This document shows, one piece after another, positions 49,131 to 58,392 of a stretch of 64,000 nucleotides of DNA. Within the stretch, counting starts at the first letter, position 1; every line of letters starts with the position of its first letter. Location: NCBI GenBank assembly GCA_049652745.1, contig JBASEY010000042.1:6153-70152 (forward strand). The letters are read 5' to 3'. Source of the DNA: a bacterium (lineage in GTDB: Bacteria > CSSED10-310). The notes beneath the pieces were generated by a model that made no database searches, was not told where the DNA came from, and saw nothing but the letters and a program-made list of their open reading frames with translations. Made by a program: the position numbers and the translations under genes.

Positions 49131-50423
49131 TTAGTCGGAAAGCCGGAAAACACGGACACCGATCGTAAAACAAAGTAAACCGATACCAAGAGTTATCCCA
49201 CAGGGTAAAAGCATGTCAACGAATGAAAACTGTCGCCATACAGCGCCTTCCAAAGCCAGCATCGCCCATTTGATCGGGCTGACAAAGCTGATATTTTGCA
49301 GCCAGACCGGCATGACGAACAGTGGAATCATACCGCCGCCAAGCATGGACATGACAAGCAAGACAGCCCAGCCGATACCACTCGCCGACCGTTCCGTTTT
49401 GCCCAGAACGGACAGCAGCATCATAATCCCGACGAAACCGGTACAAATAGAAAGTATCGCCATCGCCAGAAGCGGAAAGGAATAGGGTTTTACCTGGAAA
49501 AAGAGTACGCCCAGCAACAGAAGTCCACACGAAATAGCCAGTGTCGTTAAAAAACATCCTAATGCTTTACCAGCCAGTATTTGCGTCATGCTCACAGGAG
49601 CGATTCGAAGTCGAGTCATAGTGCCGTGCGTCCGCTCGACGACCAATGAAATACTGAATACAGCGGTGCCTCCGATGATTCCCCAAATAATGCCTTGCGG
49701 AAATGATATGTCATAACCGTTTTGCGGCCCTTTTCGTTCACGTATTACTTCCGTGTAGTGAATAGTAAGAGGCTGAAATCCGGAGAAGCCTTCCGTGTCG
49801 GCAATTTCATCGTCGCTCTGATCGGTTTCGTTCAGATGCTCCATAAATTTGTCTAACTCCGTTAGGAATTGCCTGTAACGGTGAACTGTTTCCGAGCCCC
49901 ATTCGTTCGACTCATCCAGTTCCGGCAGAAAGGAGTGGATTTGTTCCCGCATCTTTACGGGATCAGAGAAGACTTTCTGAAATCCTGGAAGACTGTAATT
50001 CATCAGTATGCCTTGAAGCATTCCGGCGGTCACTTTCTGTGCAGGGTCAACCCCCAGCTCAACTTCCGGCGGCTGCCCCTGAAACAAATTCTTTCGCGCA
50101 TGGCCGAATCCGGGAAGCAGCACTACATATGCAGGTGCCGATCCCAGACGCACCTTTTCCACCGCTTCCTCCCGTGTTGCCATTTGAATACGCAGTTCAT
50201 CGGCATTTTCCAGTTGCCCGATGAATTCACGCGATTCATCACTCATGTCTTCATCCACTACCAATAAGGCAAGTGATCCTCTACTGCCGCCGCCTGAAAA
50301 GATAGTGCCGAAAAACAAGGCGAACAAAAGAGGAAAAAAGACTGTAAAGAAAAATCCAGGTTTATCACGAATCAACAAACGGATATCTTTCAGTGCCATG
50401 GTAAGTATTGTGCTCATGATCAA
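49131..50423 (-). CDS. ABC-2 type transporter permease
   Basis: N-terminal TM, large extracytoplasmic loop, then 5 C-terminal TM helices. Overlaps the ATPase gene by 4 nt. Confidence 0.7.
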   Translation of the reverse strand: MIMSTILTMALKDIRLLIRDKPGFFFTVFFPLLFALFFGTIFSGGGSRGSLALLVVDEDMSDESREFIGQLENADELRIQMATREEAVEKVRLGSAPAYVVLLPGFGHARKNLFQGQPPEVELGVDPAQKVTAGMLQGILMNYSLPGFQKVFSDPVKMREQIHSFLPELDESNEWGSETVHRYRQFLTELDKFMEHLNETDQSDDEIADTEGFSGFQPLTIHYTEVIRERKGPQNGYDISFPQGIIWGIIGGTAVFSISLVVERTHGTMTRLRIAPVSMTQILAGKALGCFLTTLAISCGLLLLGVLFFQVKPYSFPLLAMAILSICTGFVGIMMLLSVLGKTERSASGIGWAVLLVMSMLGGGMIPLFVMPVWLQNISFVSPIKWAMLALEGAVWRQFSFVDMLLPCGITLGIGLLCFTIGVRVFRLSD

Positions 50424-51304
50424 TCTCTCAGTGACCGGCCGGTCAGGGTTAGAAACACGTTTTCCAGTGTGGGTGATTCGACTGAGAAGCGCTGTAGATT
50501 TCCGCCGTTCTGAAGGCGAACCAGTTCCCCGACGGGGTCATTGGTTTCAATTCTGAATTGCCGGTCTTCCCGCTCAGCGATAACGACGCTTTTTCCACCG
50601 TGCGCAGCAATCAATTCATTGACAGTGCCCAGTGCAATCAATCGACCATGATCGACGATAGCGACCCGATCACAGAGTTTCTGGGCTTCTTCCATGTAGT
50701 GCGTAGTATAAAGAATGGTAACACCGCTGTTTTTGAGAAGCGTGACATTATCAAAAAGCGCGTTTCGTGACTGGGGGTCCACACCAGCGGTAGGTTCATC
50801 CATGAAAACGACTTTCGGCTGATGAATCAGCGCTGCCGCAAGATTCAGTCGTCGTTTCATGCCTCCCGAAAATATTCCTGCCCGGTCGCGTTTTCGATCG
50901 ATCAAACCGACAAAATCCAGGGATTCTTCAACGCGATTTTTCAAATAAGTTCCGTGTAACTGTTGCAACCGACCGAAAAAAAACAGGTTTTCTTCAGCGG
51001 TCAATTCATCATATAACGCTATCGCCTGAGGCGCTATACCGATCAAACGGCGAACCTCAGGGTTTTCCGGTGATCCCTTTCCTCCGATATCGACTCGGCC
51101 GCTATCCGGACGAAGTAAACCGGCTGCCATGCTTACCGTGGTTGTTTTCCCTGCTCCGTTAGGTCCCAGAAGACCAAACACTTCGCCGGAAGAAATTTTC
51201 AGAGACAAGTCGGCAACAGCAACCGTATCTCCGTATGTTTTTTTCAGATCTTCAAGATGTATCACAATAACGCCCTTTCCCCAAATATCGGATGAACAAA
51301 TCAT
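50420..51304 (-). CDS. ABC transporter ATP-binding protein
   Basis: Walker A GPNGAGKTT, signature FSGGMKRRL, Walker B VVFMDEPTAGVD. Confidence 0.85.
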   Translation of the reverse strand: MICSSDIWGKGVIVIHLEDLKKTYGDTVAVADLSLKISSGEVFGLLGPNGAGKTTTVSMAAGLLRPDSGRVDIGGKGSPENPEVRRLIGIAPQAIALYDELTAEENLFFFGRLQQLHGTYLKNRVEESLDFVGLIDRKRDRAGIFSGGMKRRLNLAAALIHQPKVVFMDEPTAGVDPQSRNALFDNVTLLKNSGVTILYTTHYMEEAQKLCDRVAIVDHGRLIALGTVNELIAAHGGKSVVIAEREDRQFRIETNDPVGELVRLQNGGNLQRFSVESPTLENVFLTLTGRSLRD

Positions 51305-51618
51305 ATTGCCTAATGACTATTTTTGGCAATAGTATTGGGGCCACATCTGTCTATCATGAGATGCTGTTAGACAAGCTGGAGATGTGGCTGAAAATATTTT
51401 GAACACGATTCCAAAGATTACAAAGATGGGCAGGATTAGATTCTGATCTCTTTTCAATTTGACGCAATGTTATAGGTGATTACAAATCCAAATCAAATAT
51501 AATCATTGTCGTTTTATTCAGATTGACCAATCGCCCGAAATCCTCCATAATACAAGCATTGCTGCCTTTACAAAGGCTTATGTTTGTTAGGTTTCTCACA
51601 TTAACGCAGGCAAGGACT

Positions 51619-52443
51619 ATGGATACGAAAATTGCAGTTTTCAAAGGGAAGAAAGTCCGGAAAACCATTCATAATAATGAATGGTGGTTTTCGGTAGTTG
51701 ATGTATGTTCAATTTTAACAGATAGTGCAGATCCCGGCGCTTATTGGCGTAAGTTAAAACAACGACTGAAAGAAGAAGGAAGCGAAGTCGTGACATTTTG
51801 TCACGGGTTGAAATTAGAAGCTCCAGACGGAAAGATGAGAAGCACCGATTGCGCTAATACAGAGGCTCTCTTTCGTGTAATCCAATCAATCCCGTCACCC
51901 AAGGCGGAACCATTCAAACGATGGCTTGCGAAAGTCGGATACGAGCGGGTTCAGGAAATCGAAGATCCGGAGTTGGCGACAAAGCGCACACGGGCTTTAT
52001 ATAAAGCGAAGGGATACAGTGACAATTGGATCGAGAAACGGATGCGCGGAATCGCAATCCGGGATGAACTCACTGATGAATGGCAAAAGCGCGGTGTCAA
52101 GGAAGCGTCCGAATACGCTATACTGACAGCGGAGATATACAAAGCGGCGTTCGACATGACGCCATCGGAATATAAAAAGCACAAAAATCTGAAACGGGAA
52201 AATCTGCGGGATCACATGACGGATCTTGAACTGATTTTTTCTATGCTTGGGGAAGCATCAACAACGGAGATTGCCAGAACCCGAGACGCAAGGGGTTTTG
52301 GTGAAAATAAAAAAGCAGCCAGGGACGGGGGCTCTGTTGCCGGCAGAGCCCGTAAAGATCTTGAGGAGAAAAGCGGTCGGAAATTGGTTTCAGAACAAAA
52401 CTATCTGGATGAACCGGAGGACAAGAAGTTGCTGGACAAATAG
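51619..52443 (+). CDS. Bro-N domain protein, DinD / phage-antirepressor-like
   Basis: The N-terminal IAVFKGKKVR...WWFSVVDVCSIL pattern matches Bro-N/DinD. Start set at MDTKIAVF. Confidence 0.6.
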   Translation: MDTKIAVFKGKKVRKTIHNNEWWFSVVDVCSILTDSADPGAYWRKLKQRLKEEGSEVVTFCHGLKLEAPDGKMRSTDCANTEALFRVIQSIPSPKAEPFKRWLAKVGYERVQEIEDPELATKRTRALYKAKGYSDNWIEKRMRGIAIRDELTDEWQKRGVKEASEYAILTAEIYKAAFDMTPSEYKKHKNLKRENLRDHMTDLELIFSMLGEASTTEIARTRDARGFGENKKAARDGGSVAGRARKDLEEKSGRKLVSEQNYLDEPEDKKLLDK

Positions 52444-52549
52444 AATAGATGATCAAACCAGGTTAGTTACATAAATACTTTCAAATGAGCTAACTTAAAA
52501 GGATAAATATTTTTTATGAGCACTTCAGATAGAGGCTTGAAGGGTTAGA

Positions 52550-52735
52550 ATGTTGGCTGCCAAAGATAAAATGCAAGAAATAATCAGAAACCAACCAGAC
52601 GACAGTACGTACGATGAAATTCTGAGGGAACTTGCTTTTGCAGGAATGATTGAGCGCGGTTTGAAAGATTCAAGAGCTGACCGATCGACCTCTAACGAAG
52701 AAATGAATCGCAGGATTCGTTCATGGCAGAGATAA
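52550..52735 (+). CDS. putative type II antitoxin (small, RHH/ParD-like)
   Basis: 61-aa ORF overlapping the downstream RelE/ParE-like ORF by 13 nt. C-terminal IERGLKDSRADR...EEMNRRIRSW pattern is typical of ParE/RelE-partner antitoxins. Confidence 0.45.
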   Translation: MLAAKDKMQEIIRNQPDDSTYDEILRELAFAGMIERGLKDSRADRSTSNEEMNRRIRSWQR

Positions 52736-52938
52736 AATGGACTGAAGAAGCCGTGAAATGGTTGGACGAGAAACATAATTACATCAAAATGGACAGTTCA
52801 TCCAAAGCTGATAAAGTTTTCTCAACAATATTTGATAGACTTCAGCTTTTAAAGTCATTTCCTGAATTAGGTTATCCAAATAAATCAGAAAAAGAAGGTG
52901 ACATTCGCGTCTATTCGCGGTTCCTGGTTTCTGATTGA
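52723..52938 (+). CDS. RelE/ParE-family toxin, apparently 3'-truncated by the repeat element (possible pseudogene)
   Basis: N-terminal alpha-helical ParE-like region ...FPELGYP...GDIRV. The last 7 codons and the stop are supplied by repeat copy B. Typical toxins are 85-100 aa; this one is 71. Confidence 0.45.
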   Translation: MAEIKWTEEAVKWLDEKHNYIKMDSSSKADKVFSTIFDRLQLLKSFPELGYPNKSEKEGDIRVYSRFLVSD

Positions 52939-53140
52939 GGTTTTTGATTGATACAGGTTCAATGATTTTTCTCTTTAAATTTGAAGACAATCGAGTCCGC
53001 TAACTATCACTTAGGAATTGGAAATTGGATATTGGACATTGAAAAATCCAACCCCTTACCCCTCACCTCTTACCCCTGCTCTTGGTGATTGAGAAAACAT
53101 ACAAAGGATTTTATCGATGGCCTTTGAAAGAAAAGGAATG
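52916..53140 (+). repeat. intergenic repeat element, copy B
   Basis: About 90% identical to copy C over about 180 bp. Heptads ATTGGAA ATTGGAT ATTGGAC ATTGAAA (53017-53044). Polypyrimidine tract. 3' motif GGATTTTATCGATGGCCTTTGAAAGAAAAGGA. Confidence 0.6.
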
Positions 53141-53187
53141 ATTAGAATCCGCACTTAGCCACAGATAAAATCTAATTATGATACAAA

Positions 53188-53592
53188 TTACTTTCTGTCT
53201 TTTAACAAATCGCGTATTTCTGTAAGCAATTTTTCCTGGACCGGGGGTTCCGGTGGAGCCTGGGGCGCTTCTTGCTCTTTCCGTTTGAGTGTGTTCATAG
53301 CCTTGACTGCCATGAAAATGGAGAAAGAGATGATCAGAAAATCGACGATCGTCTGAATGAATTTTCCATACCCGATGACAACCGCAGGATCATCTCCAAC
53401 AGCTTCTTTTAGAACAATCGCCAGGTTCGTGAAATCGACACCGCCCAACAATATACCGATAGGCGGCATGATCACATCACCTACGAAGGATGAAACGATT
53501 TTACCGAAAGCGGCACCGATAATGATACCGACAGCCATATCGATCACATTCCCTTTTACTGCAAATTCCTTGAACTCTTTTATCATACCCAT
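53188..53592 (-). CDS. mscL: large-conductance mechanosensitive channel
   Basis: Near-canonical MscL sequence ([35 protein letters not shown]...). Confidence 0.95.
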   Translation of the reverse strand: MGMIKEFKEFAVKGNVIDMAVGIIIGAAFGKIVSSFVGDVIMPPIGILLGGVDFTNLAIVLKEAVGDDPAVVIGYGKFIQTIVDFLIISFSIFMAVKAMNTLKRKEQEAPQAPPEPPVQEKLLTEIRDLLKDRK

Positions 53593-53797
53593 GGCACATC
53601 CCCCCTGTAAAAAATGATGGCTCTTATCGTCTGAAGAGCGATTGCTTTTGTGAAAGCGGATTTATGTTGCCGGTTGCGTAAAAAGCTTTTCTATTATCCC
53701 TTTTCTCATAATGACACGTTGACCGGCGTCTTTCGTTGCACCCTATAAATTATATCCAAAACGCGTGTTAACCGCAATGAAACGAGCATTCCACCTG

Positions 53798-53995
53798 CGC
53801 GGAACGCTGTTTCTGATTCCTGGTTGAGGTTTTTGATTGATACAGGTTCAATGATTTTTCTATTTAAATTTGAAGACAATCGCGCCTGCTAACTATCACT
53901 TGGGAATTGGAAATTGGACATTGAAAAATCCAACCCCTTATGCCTCCTACCTTACCCCTCACCCCCTGTTCCCGGCTTCTTGCCCTTCGATGGCT
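53798..53995 (+). repeat. intergenic repeat element, copy C
   Basis: Close homologue of copy B, with a rearranged 5' motif and one heptad fewer. Lies in direct orientation with B, so the two bracket mscL. Confidence 0.6.
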
Positions 53996-54060
53996 GATAG
54001 TGTTATCATAGACTTATAAAGATCAGCATTCCCAGTGTATGGCAGAGGAGGTTCGACGAT

Positions 54061-55386
54061 ATGGAAAAGCTTTTCAAGCTCAGGGAACACAAAACGGATG
54101 TGTCGACCGAAATCATGGCGGGTATCACGACGTTTTTGACGATGTCCTACATCATCGTCGTCAATCCCGGCATCTTGGAGGCTGCCGGGATACCCGTCGG
54201 TCCACAAACCGTCGCGACCATTTTAACGGCTGCTCTGGGCTGTATTTTGATGGCCTTTTATACCAATCGGCCGTTTGCGATGGCTCCCTATATGGGTGAA
54301 AATGCGTTCATCGCCTACACGGTTGTGCTGGGTATGGGCAAATCCTGGCAGGCGGGAATAACGGCTGTATTGATCGGAGGGATCGCCTTTATCTTGATCA
54401 CTGCGTTTAAGCTTCGTTCATGGTTGGCAGCGGCGATACCCACCAATTTGAAGCATTCGTTCGTCGTCGGCATAGGATTGTTTTTGACTTTGGTCGGCCT
54501 GTTGACATCGGGTCTGATCGTCAAACCGGAAGCCCCGGGAGTTCCAGTCGGAATAGGCGATTTAACGAGTGGTGAAAGCATTTTGGCCATCCTGGCGTTT
54601 TTGATCATGTCACTGATGATCATTCGCAAAATAAAAGGCGGCATCATGGCCGGAATTTTAGTGACGACCGCTCTGGCCTATTTCTTGAAATATACAGGCA
54701 TCGATCTGCCTTGTGTTTCCTTTCCTACAGGGTTTGTTTCCAAACCACCGTCTGTAACGCCCATCATGTTTCAATTTCGTTTCAACGAAGTGTTCACATG
54801 GGATTTTTTCCCCATTCTTTTAACCGTTTTTATCATGGATTTTGTCGACACCATGGGAACAGTCATCGGCGTCAGTGCTCGAGCAGGTTTTTTGGATGAG
54901 AACGGGAATCTTCCCGGCATAGAAAAGCCGATGATGGCCGATGCGATTTCTTCGGTTGTCGGTGCGTGTTTTGGAACGACCACCAGTGGCATCTATATCG
55001 AATCGGCGGCAGGAATCGAGGAAGGCGGCCGAACCGGTTTGACGACGCTGACAACCGGTGTTTTGTTTTTGCTGGCGCTGTTTTTTACGCCGATTTTGAC
55101 GGCGGTGCCTAAATGCGCTTATGGTCCGGCGCTGATCATCGTCGGGGTTCTGATGATGGACTCGGTACGAAGAATCGATTTTACGGATTTGACGGAGTGG
55201 ATACCTTCTTTTGTTGTCATCATCTTCATGTGTTTTTCCTATAATATCGGCATCGGCTGCACGGCGGGTTTTGTATCGTATCCGGTCGTAAAAACGATCG
55301 CCGGGAGATATCGAGAAGTCAATATCGGCACCTGGATTCTGGGCGCAGTATCGCTGCTGATGTTTATCTTTTATCCTTATCACTGA
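54061..55386 (+). CDS. NCS2-family purine permease (AzgA/PbuG-like guanine-hypoxanthine permease)
   Basis: The N-terminus TEIMAGITTFLTMSYIIVVNPGIL is typical of the AzgA/GhxP subfamily. RBS GGAGG upstream. Confidence 0.85.
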   Translation: MEKLFKLREHKTDVSTEIMAGITTFLTMSYIIVVNPGILEAAGIPVGPQTVATILTAALGCILMAFYTNRPFAMAPYMGENAFIAYTVVLGMGKSWQAGITAVLIGGIAFILITAFKLRSWLAAAIPTNLKHSFVVGIGLFLTLVGLLTSGLIVKPEAPGVPVGIGDLTSGESILAILAFLIMSLMIIRKIKGGIMAGILVTTALAYFLKYTGIDLPCVSFPTGFVSKPPSVTPIMFQFRFNEVFTWDFFPILLTVFIMDFVDTMGTVIGVSARAGFLDENGNLPGIEKPMMADAISSVVGACFGTTTSGIYIESAAGIEEGGRTGLTTLTTGVLFLLALFFTPILTAVPKCAYGPALIIVGVLMMDSVRRIDFTDLTEWIPSFVVIIFMCFSYNIGIGCTAGFVSYPVVKTIAGRYREVNIGTWILGAVSLLMFIFYPYH

Positions 55387-55453
55387 TCAAAGCAATAAAT
55401 CTATTAGGCGGTCAGCATTGAGCGATTTAGCCTGCTGTGCTATAAAACGCGGC

Positions 55454-56824
55454 ATGAAGAGGTTGGCTCCTGTTAAATATTTGTTCTTGATTTTGATAAT
55501 CGGTTTTTTCTTGTTGAATTCGGGATGTGATCGTGATGATTTGTCGAATTATCAACCGACAAAACAATCCGAAAAGCCGCTGAATGTATTGATGATTTGC
55601 CTGGACACGCTTCGCGCAGACCGGTTGAGCTGTTACGGATATGACCTGCCGACGTCACCGTTTATGGATGAACTGTCTCGACATTCTATTCTCCTGACAG
55701 ATGTGCTGGTTCAGAATCCTTCTACAATTTTGTCACACCGTGCTATCTTCACCGGGAATTATGTGTTCCGACAGGGGTCTGGGCCGGCACCCGAATCACA
55801 AACGCTTGCCGGTATACTGACAAAGGCGGGCTATGCCACAGCGGCATTCACGGATGGTGGTTTGATGAGCCTGCGTTTCGGCAACGCCCCTGGTTTCGAA
55901 CTCTATAACGATGCCGCAGGGGGCTCTAAACGCGTTTTCGGCAGAGGTGTCGACTGGATCGATTCCAATCCCGGAAAGCCGTTTTTTCTGTTTCTCCATA
56001 CTTATGAAGTTCATTACCCCTATACTCCTCCCCAACCATTTAACGATATGTTCCTGCCGACGGGTGAGCCACCTTATCACCTGGGAAAAGATTTCGGACA
56101 GGAGTATTGGAATAATCTGGATTTGAAAAGACAGGATTTTATTTGGATTTCCCGACGCTATGATGGTGGCATCAGATATGTCGATACGATTATGATGGAT
56201 TTGTGGAAAGCGTTGGTAACGCGAAACCTGTTGAACAACACAATTGTCATTATCCATTCCGATCACGGGGAAAGCATGGGGGAAAGACTCTTTGTCGGCC
56301 ATCGAGACCCCTATGAGCCTCAGATTCATATCCCGCTTCTGTTTCATGTTCCCGGCTGGAAACATGCCGTGATCGATGGCGCTGTCGAGAGCGTCGATAT
56401 CGCTCCCACCTTGCTCGATCTGCTCTCGATCAAATCACAAAGGTCTTTCTGCGGGCAGTCGCTGGTCTCAAATTTACACAACAGTGAACATTTAAGTGCG
56501 TTTCGACCCAGATTGAGCGAAACCTGGATGCGGGCATTTCGTCTTGGCCCTGAATGGAAATTGATGCTTTGTGACAAAGATGAAAATGATCGTTTATACC
56601 GTCTGACGGATGATCCTGAGGAAATGACAAGTCTGGACAAGGAATATCCGGAAATTGTCGAAGAGCTTAGACAAGGATTGGTACAGTTTATGGGGGTGGA
56701 GAGAACTCGCATTCACAAATTACCGGAAGCGCCCAAGGTGCCGGTTGTTTTGATGCCACTGGACGGTGAAAACGAAGAAAATGTCGAGATGCAACAATTG
56801 AGAGAATTAGGGTATATTCACTAA
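55454..56824 (+). CDS. sulfatase-like hydrolase/transferase of the alkaline-phosphatase superfamily (Thr-nucleophile variant, not the CxPxR type)
   Basis: Lipoprotein signal (LLNSGC). MICLDTLRADRLSCYGY motif in place of C-x-P-x-R. Metal-binding HSDHGE motif. Confidence 0.7.
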   Translation: MKRLAPVKYLFLILIIGFFLLNSGCDRDDLSNYQPTKQSEKPLNVLMICLDTLRADRLSCYGYDLPTSPFMDELSRHSILLTDVLVQNPSTILSHRAIFTGNYVFRQGSGPAPESQTLAGILTKAGYATAAFTDGGLMSLRFGNAPGFELYNDAAGGSKRVFGRGVDWIDSNPGKPFFLFLHTYEVHYPYTPPQPFNDMFLPTGEPPYHLGKDFGQEYWNNLDLKRQDFIWISRRYDGGIRYVDTIMMDLWKALVTRNLLNNTIVIIHSDHGESMGERLFVGHRDPYEPQIHIPLLFHVPGWKHAVIDGAVESVDIAPTLLDLLSIKSQRSFCGQSLVSNLHNSEHLSAFRPRLSETWMRAFRLGPEWKLMLCDKDENDRLYRLTDDPEEMTSLDKEYPEIVEELRQGLVQFMGVERTRIHKLPEAPKVPVVLMPLDGENEENVEMQQLRELGYIH

Positions 56825-56833
56825 AAGGAGGTT

Positions 56834-58336
56834 ATGGTGGTGGAAAATAATCCACAACGTAGTGAATCGGCTGAAAATGAGTATATGCAAATCCGATTGA
56901 AAAAAATCGAATTGATGAAAGATGAAGGAATTCAGGTTTACCCGGATCGGTTTCCGGACGCACTCACCTGCGGCGAAGCGGCGAAACTGCCGGCAGGACA
57001 TGAAGGTGTGCGATGCGCCGGCCGGATCATATCGATTCGGAAAATGGGCAAATTGATGTTTCTACATATCCAGGACATCACGGGAAAAATTCAAATCGCC
57101 CTTCGCAAAGGCGGTATCAGCGATAAGACCTTCGAGCTGGCAAAAGAAGTGTTGGATATCGGCGATTTTATCGGCGTGGAGGGGCACATAATTGTAACGC
57201 GAACCGGCGAACTGACAATCGATGTCACAGAGTACATGTTTCTATCTAAATCGCTCCATCCGCTGCCGGAAAAATGGCATGGGTTGACGGATACAGAAAT
57301 GATTTACCGGCGCCGCTACTTGGATTTGGTCATGAGTCAACATGCCAGGACCAAATTTCTGGCCAAAAGTCGATTGATCCAGGTCATGAGAGAAGTTTTT
57401 CTCAGAAACGACTTCATCGAGGTCGAGACTCCCGTTCTGCAATGCAAGCCGTCGGGGGCCATGGCGCGGCCTTTCCGCACCTATCATGAAGCGCTGAATA
57501 TGGATGTCTATCTGCGTATAGCGCCGGAAACCTACCTGAAACGCCTGTTGGTTGGAGGATACAATCGTGTTTTTGAGTTCGCACGGTGCTTTCGCAATGA
57601 AGGAATCAGCGCGGATCATCTTCAGGATTTCACCATGCTGGAATATTATGTGGCATACTGGAATTATGAAGACAATATGCGTTTTACCGAAAAATTGATT
57701 CAGGAAGCTATGGAAGCCGTCACGGGATCGACAAGGGTTGTTGTTGCAGGGCAAGAAATTGATTTTGGCGGCAATTGGGAACGAGTGACGTTCAGGGATG
57801 TGATCGCCCGGGATGCCGGAATCGATATCGACGAATATGCCGACGCTGATAGTCTACTGAAAGTAATAGTCGAACGGAACATTCTTCCGGGAGTTCCTTT
57901 GGAAGAGCTGAAAAAATTGGGACGAGGAAACCTGTTGGACCAGTTGTTCAAGAAAGTGTCGCGTCCGCGGATGATACAACCGCAATTTCTTGTCGGGCAT
58001 CCGATCGATGTGTCGCCCCTGGCCCGTTCAAATGATAAAAATCCATCAACAGTCGATCGTTTTCAACTGATCGCCGGCGGCGTCGAATTGGTCAATGCCT
58101 ACTCGGAGCTGGCCGATCCGGTCGATCAACGGCAACGATTCGAAGCTCAAGCACGGTTGCGGGCAGCCGGTGATGAAGAAGCTCTGGCTTATGACGAAGA
58201 TTATATTCTGGCATTGGAATATGCCATGCCGCCGGCTTCGGGCTGGGGAATGGGTATAGACAGATTTATGAAATTTCTTTTCAATGAAGAGAATATTAAA
58301 AACTGTGTGCTGTTTCCATTGATGCGGCCTGAGTGA
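56834..58336 (+). CDS. lysS: lysyl-tRNA synthetase, class II
   Basis: N-terminal OB-fold anticodon-binding domain. Class II motifs (FRNEG, GGVELVNAYSEL, GMGIDR). RBS AAAGGAGG. Confidence 0.9.
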   Translation: MVVENNPQRSESAENEYMQIRLKKIELMKDEGIQVYPDRFPDALTCGEAAKLPAGHEGVRCAGRIISIRKMGKLMFLHIQDITGKIQIALRKGGISDKTFELAKEVLDIGDFIGVEGHIIVTRTGELTIDVTEYMFLSKSLHPLPEKWHGLTDTEMIYRRRYLDLVMSQHARTKFLAKSRLIQVMREVFLRNDFIEVETPVLQCKPSGAMARPFRTYHEALNMDVYLRIAPETYLKRLLVGGYNRVFEFARCFRNEGISADHLQDFTMLEYYVAYWNYEDNMRFTEKLIQEAMEAVTGSTRVVVAGQEIDFGGNWERVTFRDVIARDAGIDIDEYADADSLLKVIVERNILPGVPLEELKKLGRGNLLDQLFKKVSRPRMIQPQFLVGHPIDVSPLARSNDKNPSTVDRFQLIAGGVELVNAYSELADPVDQRQRFEAQARLRAAGDEEALAYDEDYILALEYAMPPASGWGMGIDRFMKFLFNEENIKNCVLFPLMRPE

Positions 58337-58392
58337 CAAATCGAATCGTGAAGCAACCTAAACCAAACTCGTTATTTCAAAAGAGTCGTCTG

